The notes: generated by a model not told the origin, from the sequence alone. Positions 9,227-19,489 are shown, numbered from the stretch's first letter. The stretch: 64,000 nucleotides of DNA from Candidatus Caldarchaeales archaeon (GCA_039630055.1 JBCNVN010000004.1:1-64000), one strand, 5' to 3'. Made by a program: numbers and translations.

Positions 9227-11896
9227 TTATACTAGTCGGTATACTCCAGGTTTAGGCGTGTATAGTTTTCCATCGCTTAGTAGCCTGTTTAAGAGCATCT
9301 TGATCTCATGATCCTCGATTCCCTGTTCTCTTAGTGCTTCTCTAAGTTCAGCATCTTCTACATATCCTTTCTTCTCTTGAATCTCTCCAATAATCTTCAA
9401 GACTGTGGCGAATTTATCTCTCATACTTTTAGGCTTGCCAGTCAGTATCACATCTATATCCAGTTTCCCTGTCTCAATATCTATCCCAACCTCTGAAAGA
9501 CTTCTCTTCATCAATTCTATCACATCTAATACATCCTCCTCTGTTACATAATCTCTTAAAGCTGCTCGAGCTCTCGCTTCCGCCATCCTAATCAAAGACT
9601 CAAGCTGTCGAGCCGTGATAGTTATAGTTGAAGTCTGCTGGTAAAGATTTCTCATCTGGAGATAGAAGCCTTCTATCAATTTAGCTGCTCTCGGAGTTAG
9701 CTCTGGCTGGATTCTCTTCGAGTATGCTATATATTTCCTCAGTATTTCAGGTTTCAAGATTGGTTCTGTGGGAGATACCGATCTACTTTGAAGACTGAGA
9801 ATATGTGATGCAATCTTTTGATCTTGCTCTGGAATAGGTTCATCTCTTAAAACAAATATTAAGTCGAATCTAGATAGAATGGTGATTGGAAGATTAACGT
9901 TGACGGTGAATGATTCGTAAGGGTTATATCTTCCGAGCTCTGGATTAGCGGCTGCAAGTATCGAGGTTCTAGCATTTAGAGTAGCGACTATTCCACCTTT
10001 TGCTATACTAACCGTCTGCTGAGCCATCGCCTCATGAATTGCAACCCTATCCTCAGGTCTCATCTTGTCAATCTCATCTATACAGTTATGTACTATGATC
10101 CCGTTGGCCACAAAGTTATGGTATACTGGAACATAAAGATCGTAAACATAGCCATCATAATCTTCTCCCCATATATCGACTATCTCATCAAGGAGAAGGT
10201 CTCTAGGATTATCGATATCGATCTCTAATCTATCATTACCTTCTCTCAAGTCTTCTACACTTTGTGCTAGTATTAAGGCTGAGGGGTTTGCTCCGACTAG
10301 GCCGTTATTATATTTTCTACCTTCATATTTCTCTGAGATCGTTCTCCAAAAACTTGTAGATTCATAACTAGATGAAAGTTTAATCAATGAAATAAGTTTT
10401 TCACCGACTTGAAACTCTTCTGCTGTTCTCCATCTTAAAGAGACGCCATCTAAGAGTAGGTGTTCAGGGGTCAACCTTATGGTGTTACCTGACTTCATTA
10501 TCAAGTTTAAAACTCTCCCTCTATACAACTTTCTTCGTATCAGAGTAGACTTAGCCATAACTACTCTCATACCCTCTAGATCCAAGCATGGTACCTTACA
10601 TTGGAGAGGTGCCAATTCAACGGGTACACCATTAGCTATGGCTGGAGAGAATCTCACTTGTTCAGCCAATTTTTGAAGGGTAACGATACCTCTGTCAGAT
10701 ATGATTTTAGTCTCAGGGGCTAGACAGCATAGCCCCATATCCGCCAAGACTAATGCACCAGCTTCCAAGATCATGTTCCCACCCTTATCTCTAACGACCG
10801 CCGCCGTTAATCCTGCAGCTGTAGATCCTCTCCCCGAAGTGTATATACCTCTAGGAGCTATCTGTGCAGCATATCTTAGTAGTTGGCTCTTTCCCGTTCC
10901 AGGATCTCCTACGAGTAGTATATGTATATCGCCTCTAACCTTTACACCATCTGGAAACTGTTTTGTCCTTCCACCGAATAGTAAAAGCATTATAGCTTTC
11001 TTTATATGGTTGAGTCCGTATATGGATGGAGCTATACTCTCTATGATTTTCTGATGTATATCTGGTTTGCTGGCCATCTCTCTAAACATCTTCTCTTCTT
11101 CAAGTGTTATCTGGAGAGTTTCAGGCTCTTTCCCAGCTGTCTCTATACTTACCGCCTCCAGATACATCTTGGATGTTCTCAGCGGTGCCTCACCAGTCTT
11201 TTCTTGTACTGCATACAACACACCGGTGACTATCACTCTATCACCTGGTCTTGCTCTATCAACCAGATCTCCTTTGAGACCTGCCTCGATACTTCTCGGC
11301 AGCTGACCCGGGGGAAGATCTTCAGGTTTCTCTTGAATCCCTATAACTTGATAATCATAATATTCGCTCTTCTCTTCTATTAGTTCAAATCTCTGCCTCT
11401 TCCCCCTACACTTTATGCTATTACATGATTCGGGGAGTACGAGCCTCTGACCATTCTGAGGTATGGTCTGTTCACTTCCACATACTCTACACTTGAATAC
11501 TGCTGTTCTAATTATTGGTTTAACGGCTGTAGCTCTAACTATTAAGCCATCTACTGCTATAAGTTTCCTAAGATGGGAGGCTCTGATATCTCTGATCAGT
11601 ATAACTTCTGGTAGATTGTATATCCTGAGTTTGAATTCTTTAACCTCTCCTGCATAAACTGGATCTTCTATCCTTAATTGGTCCCATGCAGCTTTCTCGA
11701 GTAAAGGTATATACTTTAATGGTTCATCTACTATTAAGTGGCTTAACCTTTCATCGAATATCATCAAGTCGCTAAAGTCTAGAGGTATGCTAGTCGATCT
11801 CTGTGCAGCAGATCTACCGATTAGAGATCTATATTTCTCTTGTTTAAAGAATTCGGCCATTCTATCCTCGATCTGTGGTATGTTCTCCATCTTCAT
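9227..11896 (-). CDS. mcm: MCM replicative helicase containing one intein
   Basis: Zn finger CRVC..CNSIKC, GDPGTGKSQ, (C)CIDEIDKM, SRFD; probable start at 11896 or 11890, overlapping or just after the GINS stop behind a GGAGG. Confidence 0.95.
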   Translation of the reverse strand: MKMENIPQIEDRMAEFFKQEKYRSLIGRSAAQRSTSIPLDFSDLMIFDERLSHLIVDEPLKYIPLLEKAAWDQLRIEDPVYAGEVKEFKLRIYNLPEVILIRDIRASHLRKLIAVDGLIVRATAVKPIIRTAVFKCRVCGSEQTIPQNGQRLVLPESCNSIKCRGKRQRFELIEEKSEYYDYQVIGIQEKPEDLPPGQLPRSIEAGLKGDLVDRARPGDRVIVTGVLYAVQEKTGEAPLRTSKMYLEAVSIETAGKEPETLQITLEEEKMFREMASKPDIHQKIIESIAPSIYGLNHIKKAIMLLLFGGRTKQFPDGVKVRGDIHILLVGDPGTGKSQLLRYAAQIAPRGIYTSGRGSTAAGLTAAVVRDKGGNMILEAGALVLADMGLCCLAPETKIISDRGIVTLQKLAEQVRFSPAIANGVPVELAPLQCKVPCLDLEGMRVVMAKSTLIRRKLYRGRVLNLIMKSGNTIRLTPEHLLLDGVSLRWRTAEEFQVGEKLISLIKLSSSYESTSFWRTISEKYEGRKYNNGLVGANPSALILAQSVEDLREGNDRLEIDIDNPRDLLLDEIVDIWGEDYDGYVYDLYVPVYHNFVANGIIVHNCIDEIDKMRPEDRVAIHEAMAQQTVSIAKGGIVATLNARTSILAAANPELGRYNPYESFTVNVNLPITILSRFDLIFVLRDEPIPEQDQKIASHILSLQSRSVSPTEPILKPEILRKYIAYSKRIQPELTPRAAKLIEGFYLQMRNLYQQTSTITITARQLESLIRMAEARARAALRDYVTEEDVLDVIELMKRSLSEVGIDIETGKLDIDVILTGKPKSMRDKFATVLKIIGEIQEKKGYVEDAELREALREQGIEDHEIKMLLNRLLSDGKLYTPKPGVYRLV
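10085..10726 (-). mobile_element. Mini-intein (214 aa) in MCM, no recognisable homing endonuclease
   Basis: Starts CLAPETKI, block B LTPEH, ends VYDL..NFVANGIIVHN/C; removal restores ADMGLC-CIDEIDKM. Confidence 0.92.
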
Positions 11897-12426
11897 CCTC
11901 CTCCAGATGGAACGATGTATCTTATCCACTCTTCTATTATGTTCTTCAAAACTTTGTATAGGATCTCTTCTTCTCTACTTAGATTCTCAACTAGGCTTGG
12001 ATCAACTCTCTTCGCTGCTAATACCAAGATCTTGTTAACTCTCAGAGAGATTATGTCCATAATTACACTTCTCGAGGCATGGTCGAGTTTAGGATCTTCT
12101 CTAATGGATAAATAAAAGAATCTTGGAACTTCTTGAAGTTGCCTTGGATTATTCTTCTCCTTCCACTCTAGTTGGACTAGATTCTTCATATCTATTATTT
12201 TTTCTTCAAACTCGACTATTCCTTCTTCATATAGTTTTGAGGCAGCCCATTTAACTATAGATAATATAGTTCCCTTCCTTAGATTCTCGAAAGATTGACC
12301 TGGTAAGAAAATCCTCTGTATGTCCCTACTTAAGATTACCTTCTTCTCAGAATTTTCATACTCTAACTCGACAAGCCTAAGGAGTTTCTTAAATTCTTCA
12401 ACGACTGCCTCTACACCCATCTCCAT
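11893..12426 (-). CDS. gins23: GINS subunit, Gins23 type
   Basis: 177 aa immediately upstream of mcm; WAASKL..EG, PRFFY, LRVNKI..LA, NLSREE features. Confidence 0.75.
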   Translation of the reverse strand: MEMGVEAVVEEFKKLLRLVELEYENSEKKVILSRDIQRIFLPGQSFENLRKGTILSIVKWAASKLYEEGIVEFEEKIIDMKNLVQLEWKEKNNPRQLQEVPRFFYLSIREDPKLDHASRSVIMDIISLRVNKILVLAAKRVDPSLVENLSREEEILYKVLKNIIEEWIRYIVPSGGG

Positions 12427-12601
12427 CTAGGTTTGAAATATTCATAGTCGAATTTATCTGAGAGAGACTTATCTAAAAATGGGGCAGACTCAAGAAATCT
12501 CCCAAAACATACATGGAAAAGACATAACAAATTAAAGATTAGCAACTGGGGTTAGATTATAAAGTTAAGCAAAAATACAACCAAGAATTATATTATAGGC
12601 G

Positions 12602-12693
12602 GCGGCCGTCGTCTAGTCTGGAAGGACACTGGCCTTCCGAGAACCATTTTCAAAGAAAGCCAGTGGTCGCGGGTTCAAATCCCGCCGGCCGCA
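12602..12693 (+). tRNA. tRNA-Gly(TCC) with 18-nt intron at 37/38 (12640-12657); CCA not encoded
   Basis: Acceptor stem GCGGCCG/CGGCCGC, anticodon stem CTGGC/GCCAG, TCC at 12636-12638, T arm GCGGG-TTCAAAT-CCCGC. Confidence 0.93.
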
Positions 12694-12870
12694 TAATCTA
12701 ATAATAATTTTTATAAATCAAACATGATTTATCACAATATGTATAGAAAGGCGTTATCGGATGTCTGGATCTTACTTTAAAGATGTGGCTAAGATTGATG
12801 TACTTCTCATTGGTATAGCCTTAATTATTCAGGCATCGATCGCACTCCACTCTCAATAACCTATTATTGT

Positions 12871-13143
12871 ATGGCTTTTAGGAGCACCTACATGGAGATA
12901 CCATTCACATCCTACTCCTCTCCGAGTAGAGTAATTATAATAGAAGCAAATCAAGAACTGGAGAAAGTGAGAGTACTTGATAATAGTTCAAATATTCTCT
13001 GCTTATTCGATAAGATACCAAGGAACTCGGAAGAGATTTGTAATGTGAAAGAATATGAGGTATATCTAGTTCAGTATAACGGACTTAAGGATGCTGTTGA
13101 GTGTATGAAGCCGGAAATAATCGAGCCGAGACCGATCGACTAA
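12871..13143 (+). CDS. Hypothetical protein, possibly the 3' part of a disrupted exported-protein gene
   Basis: 90-aa ORF; hydrophobic leader-like fragments lie upstream, separated by stops or a frameshift. Confidence 0.35.
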   Translation: MAFRSTYMEIPFTSYSSPSRVIIIEANQELEKVRVLDNSSNILCLFDKIPRNSEEICNVKEYEVYLVQYNGLKDAVECMKPEIIEPRPID

Positions 13144-13220
13144 GATAAGTAGATCTCCAAGATAATCTATTCATTCAAGATGAAGTTTCTAGATCACGAC
13201 TACCCATAGTAGATATAATA

Positions 13221-13257
13221 TATTTAAATATTATCGATAACGATATCGAGATCGATA
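13221..13257 (+). promoter_or_regulatory. TATA box plus 26-bp palindromic operator of the PadR operon
   Basis: TATTTAAATA at 13221-13230, then TATCGAT-aa-CGATATCG-ag-ATCGATA at 13232-13257 just before the TTG start. Confidence 0.6.
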
Positions 13258-13260
13258 CTA

Positions 13261-13818
13261 TTGAACCTACAGTATCGTCTTAATAGACACTGGATGAAGC
13301 ATATGGCTATCGTGCCAAAAGGTCTTCTAAGATATTACGTACTCGAACTCATATCTAAAAAACCAATCTCAGGCTCTGAGATAATGAATGAGATTGAAGA
13401 GGCGAGCGGAGGCTTGTGGAGACCAAGCCCTGGATCTATCTATCCATTACTTGAATGGTTGAGAGATAGAGGATGCATTAAGGAAGCTACAGTTAGAGAA
13501 ACTGGTATAAAAAAGTATGTATTGACTTATAAGGGTAGGAAGCTTTTAGAAGAGCAGAGAGAGATAAAGAATACTCTGAAGAAGTCTTGGAAATTCTTTG
13601 CCCCACACTTTCTAAACTTGTTCTATGTCGGAGATGTTAGTGATGAAAAACGTGAATTGATCAGAAGTGTCAAATACTTCATGCAATCATTTGTAGATTT
13701 GGAGGATAAGATATTGGAGAAAAATTATAAAGATTGTATAGAAGATGTTGTAAAGATTCTGAAGAATGCAGCCGAGGAGCTTAATGAAGTAAGGAGGAGA
13801 CTTGAGAAGGTGGGATAG
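13261..13818 (+). CDS. PadR-family transcriptional regulator
   Basis: KGLLRYYVL, SGSEI, WRPSPGSIYPLL, KKYVLTYKG. Confidence 0.88.
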   Translation: MNLQYRLNRHWMKHMAIVPKGLLRYYVLELISKKPISGSEIMNEIEEASGGLWRPSPGSIYPLLEWLRDRGCIKEATVRETGIKKYVLTYKGRKLLEEQREIKNTLKKSWKFFAPHFLNLFYVGDVSDEKRELIRSVKYFMQSFVDLEDKILEKNYKDCIEDVVKILKNAAEELNEVRRRLEKVG

Positions 13819-14823
13819 ATGAAGAATGATGTGATAATCGTTGAGGGTTTGACCAAGATCTTCGACAGAAACTTTGTTGCTGTAGATCACATTAACTTTA
13901 CCGTTAAAGAGATGGAGATATTCGGATTATTAGGACCTAACGGTGCAGGTAAAACGACCACGATCAATATGTTGACAACCGTCTTGAAGCCTACGGAGGG
14001 TAGAGCATCTATACTTGGATATGATGTAGTCAAACAAGCTAATATAGTTAGGAGGCTTGTAGGGGTGGTCCCACAAGATTACACGGCTGATGAAGACTTG
14101 ACAGGATACGAGAACATCATCTTATGCGGTGACCTTTATGGAATACCAAGAGAAGTATCTGAGAAGGTTGCTATCGAACTTTTAGAATTTTTAGAGCTAT
14201 CGAAGTTTAAAGACAAGAAGGTAGAGACCTATTCTGGAGGTATGAGGAGGAGGCTTGAACTAGCATGTGGTTTAATAAATAGACCGAAAGTATTATTTTT
14301 AGATGAGCCGACGCTAGGTCTAGACGTTCAGACTAGGGCCGCCATATGGAGTTATATCAAGAAGTTGAGAGAAGAATATAATATGACTATCCTCATGACG
14401 ACTCATTATATGGAGGAGGCAGATAACCTATGTGATAGAATAGCCATAATAGACCATGGAAAGATTGTGATCGTCGGATCACCGGAAGAATTAAAGAATA
14501 GTATTGGAAGCGATGTTATAGAAGTTGTGGTCAAAGAGAGACAGGATATTACGAATCTAATTCAGACAATAGATTATGTAAAAGACGTAAATAGGATAAG
14601 TGATTCATCATACTTGATTAGATTAGAGAATGGGGAGAGCATAGCACCTTCGATCATTGAGACGATTAGGAATAATGGATATCATATATTAAAGTTATCC
14701 TTTAGGAAGCCTACTCTAGACGAGGTCTTTCTAACCTATACTGGTAAGACTCTGAGAGATGTAACAGAGGGTAGAGAATTTCACATGGCCCGTAGGATCC
14801 TCTTAAGGAGGGCTAGAAGATGA
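13819..14823 (+). CDS. ABC-2 exporter ATPase (DrrA-like)
   Basis: GPNGAGKT, YSGGMRRRL, LFLDEPT, TTHYMEEA, C-terminal PTLDEVFL. Confidence 0.92.
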   Translation: MKNDVIIVEGLTKIFDRNFVAVDHINFTVKEMEIFGLLGPNGAGKTTTINMLTTVLKPTEGRASILGYDVVKQANIVRRLVGVVPQDYTADEDLTGYENIILCGDLYGIPREVSEKVAIELLEFLELSKFKDKKVETYSGGMRRRLELACGLINRPKVLFLDEPTLGLDVQTRAAIWSYIKKLREEYNMTILMTTHYMEEADNLCDRIAIIDHGKIVIVGSPEELKNSIGSDVIEVVVKERQDITNLIQTIDYVKDVNRISDSSYLIRLENGESIAPSIIETIRNNGYHILKLSFRKPTLDEVFLTYTGKTLRDVTEGREFHMARRILLRRARR

Positions 14824-15785
14824 AGATCGAAACAACATATCAATCGGGTTTCAAGATAATGCTTCAAGGACTCTTTGCATTGTTGGGTAGAGAACTTAAG
14901 AAATGGGTGAAGGAACCGATAATACTACTTATGGCTATAATACAGCCTGTAATGTGGATGGTCTTATTTGGGAAATCTATGAATCTGGGAGCCATCTTTT
15001 CGACAAATGCTTTAAAGAATCTCAAAGTTCCAGACATAACTATACCGGGGAACTTGGTAAACCCATCAGTAGATGGATTGATAGTCATTCCAGGATCGGT
15101 TCTCTCAGAAAATCTCCGTAATGTCTTCTCAAGTATCGGTATACAAGCTATGGAGAACGTTTTCGGGATCTCAGATTATTTCAGTTACCTAGCGATCGGT
15201 ATGATGTCGATGATAACGATATTTACATCAACCTTCGCAGGAATGTCTATAGTCTGGGATAGAAGACTTGGGTTTCTCTATAAGGTTCTAAGTACCCCTG
15301 TTCCCAGGTCTGCCATAATACTTTCAAAAGTCTTGAATGCTGCCCTCAGGTCTATCTTCCAATCAACCATCATCCTCACTCTAGCGATTATATTAGGGGT
15401 AAGATTTAGTCCTACATTTAGCTTAGTAAACTTATTAGGGATCTATTTTGCAATCTTTCTCTTCTCTGTAGGGTTATCTTCTCTATTCATAGCTTTTGCA
15501 TTGAGATCTACTAGACATGAAACTCAGATCGCTATAGTTAACTTGGTAACGATGCCGCTTATGTTCACTAGTAACACGTTTTTCCCCATATCTATAATGC
15601 CGGACTGGCTTCAAGCAGTAGCAAAAATAAATCCAGTCAGCTATATGACAGATGCTCTACGTCAACTTACAGTCTACCAGATAGACGTATCCATGCTACT
15701 CCTCGACTTAATTTATCTAACATTATTTGCGATCTCTCTTTCCTTACTAGGGATCACCTTAGCATGGAAATATCTCGTAAAATAG
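14820..15785 (+). CDS. ABC-2 exporter permease (DrrB-like)
   Basis: Hydrophobic, DRRLGFL and MPDWLQAVAKINPVSY motifs; ATGA overlap with the ATPase. Confidence 0.88.
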   Translation: MKIETTYQSGFKIMLQGLFALLGRELKKWVKEPIILLMAIIQPVMWMVLFGKSMNLGAIFSTNALKNLKVPDITIPGNLVNPSVDGLIVIPGSVLSENLRNVFSSIGIQAMENVFGISDYFSYLAIGMMSMITIFTSTFAGMSIVWDRRLGFLYKVLSTPVPRSAIILSKVLNAALRSIFQSTIILTLAIILGVRFSPTFSLVNLLGIYFAIFLFSVGLSSLFIAFALRSTRHETQIAIVNLVTMPLMFTSNTFFPISIMPDWLQAVAKINPVSYMTDALRQLTVYQIDVSMLLLDLIYLTLFAISLSLLGITLAWKYLVK

Positions 15786-15982
15786 AAATTTGAATAACCG
15801 TTAAAAATTCTCATCTTTGAGTTTATTTTATATCTTCAAATAATTCGTGGAACAAGATTACGTTATTCTATTGTATTCTGGCTGGTGAGGAGGTTTCGGT
15901 CAAAGAAAATAATCCATCCTTAATAATAGGTTGCACGATATAGTGATAATGTTTATATCTTCAATACTTTGGTAAAAAGGTT

Positions 15983-17521
15983 GTGATAAAAGTGAAGGCT
16001 GGAACTCCTATTCTCGAAGTGAGAGGAATAACGAAAAGATTTCCTGGAGGTGTTGTAGCTTTAGACCATGTAGATATCGAGATAAGGGCAGGTGAGATTC
16101 ATGCTATTCTAGGCGAGAATGGTGCTGGAAAAACTACCTTGATGAATATCTTGTTCGGAGTTCTACAACCCGATGAAGGAGAGATCTACGTTAATGGAAA
16201 AAAGGTCAGGTTTAAGTCTCCACTGGATGCCATGAATGTGGGAATAGGGATGGTTCATCAGTTCAGAAAGCTGATCCCAGCTCACACTGTAATTGAGAAT
16301 ATAATTCTTGGACATCCAAAGACGAAAAGCATCATCAACATGAAGAAGGCTAGGGATGAAGTTGAAGAACTATGTAAAAAATATGGTTTCAAAGTAGATC
16401 TTGATGCAAGAGTCTGGCAATTATCTGCTGGTGAGCAACAGGTGGTAGAGATATTGAGAGCACTTTATCGTGGTTCAAGAATACTTATCCTTGATGAGCC
16501 GACCTCTGTGCTAACCCCTCTAGAAATTGATGCTTTCTTGAACTCTCTGAAAGCCATGTCTAAGGAAGAGATCGCAACTATTCCATTCGTAACCCACAAG
16601 TTGCCTGAGGTATTCGCTGTAAGCGATAAGATCACGGTATTGAGGAGGGGAAAGGTCATTAAACATATTGAGACTAAGGATGCTACGATGAAAACTTTAG
16701 CAGAGTATATGGTTGGAAGAGAAGTACTATTCAAATTGGAGAAGCCGAGAGTAAGAATAGGAGAAGAAGTATTGAGAGTTGAGAAGCTTTCAGCTCTGAG
16801 TGATAAGGGGATTCCAGCTATCAAGGATGTATCATTCTCTATAAGGGAAGGAGAGATATTTGGGATCGCGGGCGTCAGTGGTAATGGTCAACAAGAATTG
16901 GCCGAAGTCATAGCTGGTCTCCGAAAACCAATCCAAGGAAGGGTTATATTCCGAGGTCAAGACATCACTAATGCATCTGTCTTGGATCGTATGAAGATGG
17001 GGATAGGATATATCCCGCCAGAACGTTTAGGAGTCGGAGTTATTGGAAGTTTTTCACTAGCTGATAATATCTTGATGAGCATCTATTTCGATAGCGAATT
17101 TTCCAGATTGGGTTTCTTAAAATATAGAGAAATAAGGAGATATGCTGAAAAGATCATCTCCGAGTATGAAATAGTGGCCCCAAGCATTTATACAAAAGCT
17201 GCACATCTATCGGGAGGAAATCTTCAAAGACTGATCTTGGGCAGAGTCATTCCTAGAACTTTGAAACTTCTAATTGCTAACTCGCCTACCGTCGGTCTAG
17301 ATATAGCTGCAACAGAAGATGTTAGAAGGAGGTTACTAGCATGTAAAGAAAAGGGCATGAGCATCCTCTTGATCTCTGAAGATCTAGAAGAGGTTTTAGA
17401 GTTGAGCGATAGAGTTGCGCCAATATATGAGGGAAGGTTTGTTAAGGTTCTTTCAGCTGAGGAGGCTAGAAAAGAAGAGGTGGGAGCGATGATGGCGGGC
17501 GCTCTTTCAGGAGGTGGATAG
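15983..17521 (+). CDS. Nucleoside/sugar (CUT2) ABC importer, double-domain ATPase
   Basis: GENGAGKT, GMVHQ, LDEPT, second domain GVSGNGQ and LSGGNLQ. Confidence 0.9.
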   Translation: MIKVKAGTPILEVRGITKRFPGGVVALDHVDIEIRAGEIHAILGENGAGKTTLMNILFGVLQPDEGEIYVNGKKVRFKSPLDAMNVGIGMVHQFRKLIPAHTVIENIILGHPKTKSIINMKKARDEVEELCKKYGFKVDLDARVWQLSAGEQQVVEILRALYRGSRILILDEPTSVLTPLEIDAFLNSLKAMSKEEIATIPFVTHKLPEVFAVSDKITVLRRGKVIKHIETKDATMKTLAEYMVGREVLFKLEKPRVRIGEEVLRVEKLSALSDKGIPAIKDVSFSIREGEIFGIAGVSGNGQQELAEVIAGLRKPIQGRVIFRGQDITNASVLDRMKMGIGYIPPERLGVGVIGSFSLADNILMSIYFDSEFSRLGFLKYREIRRYAEKIISEYEIVAPSIYTKAAHLSGGNLQRLILGRVIPRTLKLLIANSPTVGLDIAATEDVRRRLLACKEKGMSILLISEDLEEVLELSDRVAPIYEGRFVKVLSAEEARKEEVGAMMAGALSGGG

Positions 17522-18607
17522 ATGGTCTCTATACAGATTACAAAATTGAAACGTGAAAGAATAGTAGTATTGACAGGTAGAGAAGCTGTCTTAATATCTA
17601 TTTCTTCGCTTATTGTAGCTTTCATCATATTTAGTGGCTTCTTACTATTCGAGGGTGCTATGCCGACTGAAGCATATGGAAACATATTCGCATTTGCTTT
17701 CGATCCCAAGCTTGGGCTATCTACAACCCTCCACAGAGGATTCTTCATACTCTTCTCAACCTTAGCCTTTATAATCCCGATGTCAGCGGGGCTCTGGAAT
17801 ATTGGAATGGAAGGACAATTCTATCTTGGAACTATTGGAGCTTTCGCAGTCGCTTATAGTCTACCCAACCTCCACCCTGCACTTCTAATTTCATTGATGT
17901 TAATTGTAGGAGCGGTTTTCGGAGCGGGGTATGGTGCACTAGCAGGTTTCTTGAAAGGAAAGTTGAATGTAAATGAAGTCGTAGCAACTTTGATGTTAAA
18001 TAATATAGCCTTCTGGCTAGTCTACTTATTGACGGTTGGAGGTCCTTGGGCAGGTATTGCTGAATCGACTAGCCGTCCTCTTCCAGCCTCTGCCCATGCA
18101 CCAGTAATCTGGAATACGACTTTCACAGGATTCCTCGTAATCGGAATAGCTATACTACTCTATATCTTCCTAAAGTATTCTTCTATCGGATACCAGATCC
18201 GTGTTCTAGGGAATAGCCCAGTTGCAGCTAAACATATTGGAATAAGTGCTCCTAGATTATCGGTTCTAGTGATGGCGGTTGGTGGAGCGATAGCTGGACT
18301 CTCAGGATACCATATGTGGGCTGGAGATCCTGCCTTCTACATGATACCGAGGCCAGAGGCCTACAAAGCTATCGGCGACCTCACATACTGGGGGATACTG
18401 ATAGGATTAGTCTGTCTACTCAATCCCCTCGCAGCGATCCCATTCTCGATATTCATCGGCTCGATCTTGATAGGATCCACTGTCTTGGTTAGACGTCTAC
18501 GTCTACCCTTCGGTCTAGACGTCCTATTTCTAGGAATTATCTCTCTAACGTTTGTGGCCTTCCAATTCTTCCACAACTATAGAATTAGAAGGGTGAAGAG
18601 GGTGTAA
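17522..18607 (+). CDS. Nucleoside-type ABC permease 1
   Basis: GLWNIGMEGQ and NEVVATLMLN motifs. Confidence 0.88.
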   Translation: MVSIQITKLKRERIVVLTGREAVLISISSLIVAFIIFSGFLLFEGAMPTEAYGNIFAFAFDPKLGLSTTLHRGFFILFSTLAFIIPMSAGLWNIGMEGQFYLGTIGAFAVAYSLPNLHPALLISLMLIVGAVFGAGYGALAGFLKGKLNVNEVVATLMLNNIAFWLVYLLTVGGPWAGIAESTSRPLPASAHAPVIWNTTFTGFLVIGIAILLYIFLKYSSIGYQIRVLGNSPVAAKHIGISAPRLSVLVMAVGGAIAGLSGYHMWAGDPAFYMIPRPEAYKAIGDLTYWGILIGLVCLLNPLAAIPFSIFIGSILIGSTVLVRRLRLPFGLDVLFLGIISLTFVAFQFFHNYRIRRVKRV

Positions 18608-18610
18608 AAT

Positions 18611-19489
18611 ATGTGGCCATTTATAGTTAGATCGCTTGAGGTGGCCACGATTCTTCTACTTGCATCCATCGGAGAACTTTTAACTCAAAGATCGGGCGTT
18701 ATCAATGTCGGTATAGAAGGATTGATGCTACTAGGAGCAGCCTCTGGATTTCTAGCGGCCATAATTTGGGGCATTATCCCAGGATACCTAATAGGACTTC
18801 TTGTCGGAGCCTTATTCGGTCTACTTCACGCAATCTTCTCGATAACTCTGAGGGTAAACCAAGTGGTAAGCGGGATGGGTGTATGGCTCTTCGCCATGGG
18901 TTTCGTAACCTATTGGGCGGATAGATACTCTGGTCCACTACCGCCAGGGGTTGTTTCTATCCGTATCTACGGACTCTCACCGATATTCTTCATCGCTATC
19001 GCAATAGTCTTTATCATCTGGTTCATACTAACTAAAACCCACCTAGGGCTGAAGATAAGGTCTACCGGTGAGAATCCATTCGCAGCCGAGGTATCTGGAG
19101 TAAAAGTGATAAGAATAAGATACATGTGTACGATTATTGGTGGAGCGTTATCAGGCCTCGCGGGAGCATTTCTATCTCTAACCTATCTAGGAGTTTGGAG
19201 TCATCTCCCAACAAAAGGGTTAGGATGGATCGCATTTGCTCTCGTTATGTTCTCCCTATGGAGACCCTCAATACTTTCAGGCGGGGCCATACTCTTCGGC
19301 TTCGTATGGCAGTTCGCTATCTCACCTGAGACAATATATGCTGGGATACCGGCTCCTCTCCCGATACTAAGGATGCTTCCATTCATCATTACAATAATAC
19401 TTTTGATCATAATATCTTCAGAGAGATTTAGGAGAAGATGGTGGCTGGCTAAACCAGAAGCATTAGGTGTACCATATATAAAAGAATAG
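18611..19489 (+). CDS. Nucleoside-type ABC permease 2
   Basis: RSGVINVGIEG, NQVVSG, GENPFAA, GLGWIA, PEALGVPY motifs. Confidence 0.88.
   Translation: MWPFIVRSLEVATILLLASIGELLTQRSGVINVGIEGLMLLGAASGFLAAIIWGIIPGYLIGLLVGALFGLLHAIFSITLRVNQVVSGMGVWLFAMGFVTYWADRYSGPLPPGVVSIRIYGLSPIFFIAIAIVFIIWFILTKTHLGLKIRSTGENPFAAEVSGVKVIRIRYMCTIIGGALSGLAGAFLSLTYLGVWSHLPTKGLGWIAFALVMFSLWRPSILSGGAILFGFVWQFAISPETIYAGIPAPLPILRMLPFIITIILLIIISSERFRRRWWLAKPEALGVPYIKE

Noticed and set aside
12731-12744. 14-bp match ATCACAATATGTAT shared in reverse complement with the BMP upstream region (~21077-21090)
   Set aside because: AT-rich, only two copies and no functional link; compatible with chance
12694-15785. Integrated element at tRNA-Gly
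   Set aside because: No integrase and no repeat of the tRNA 3' end noticed downstream
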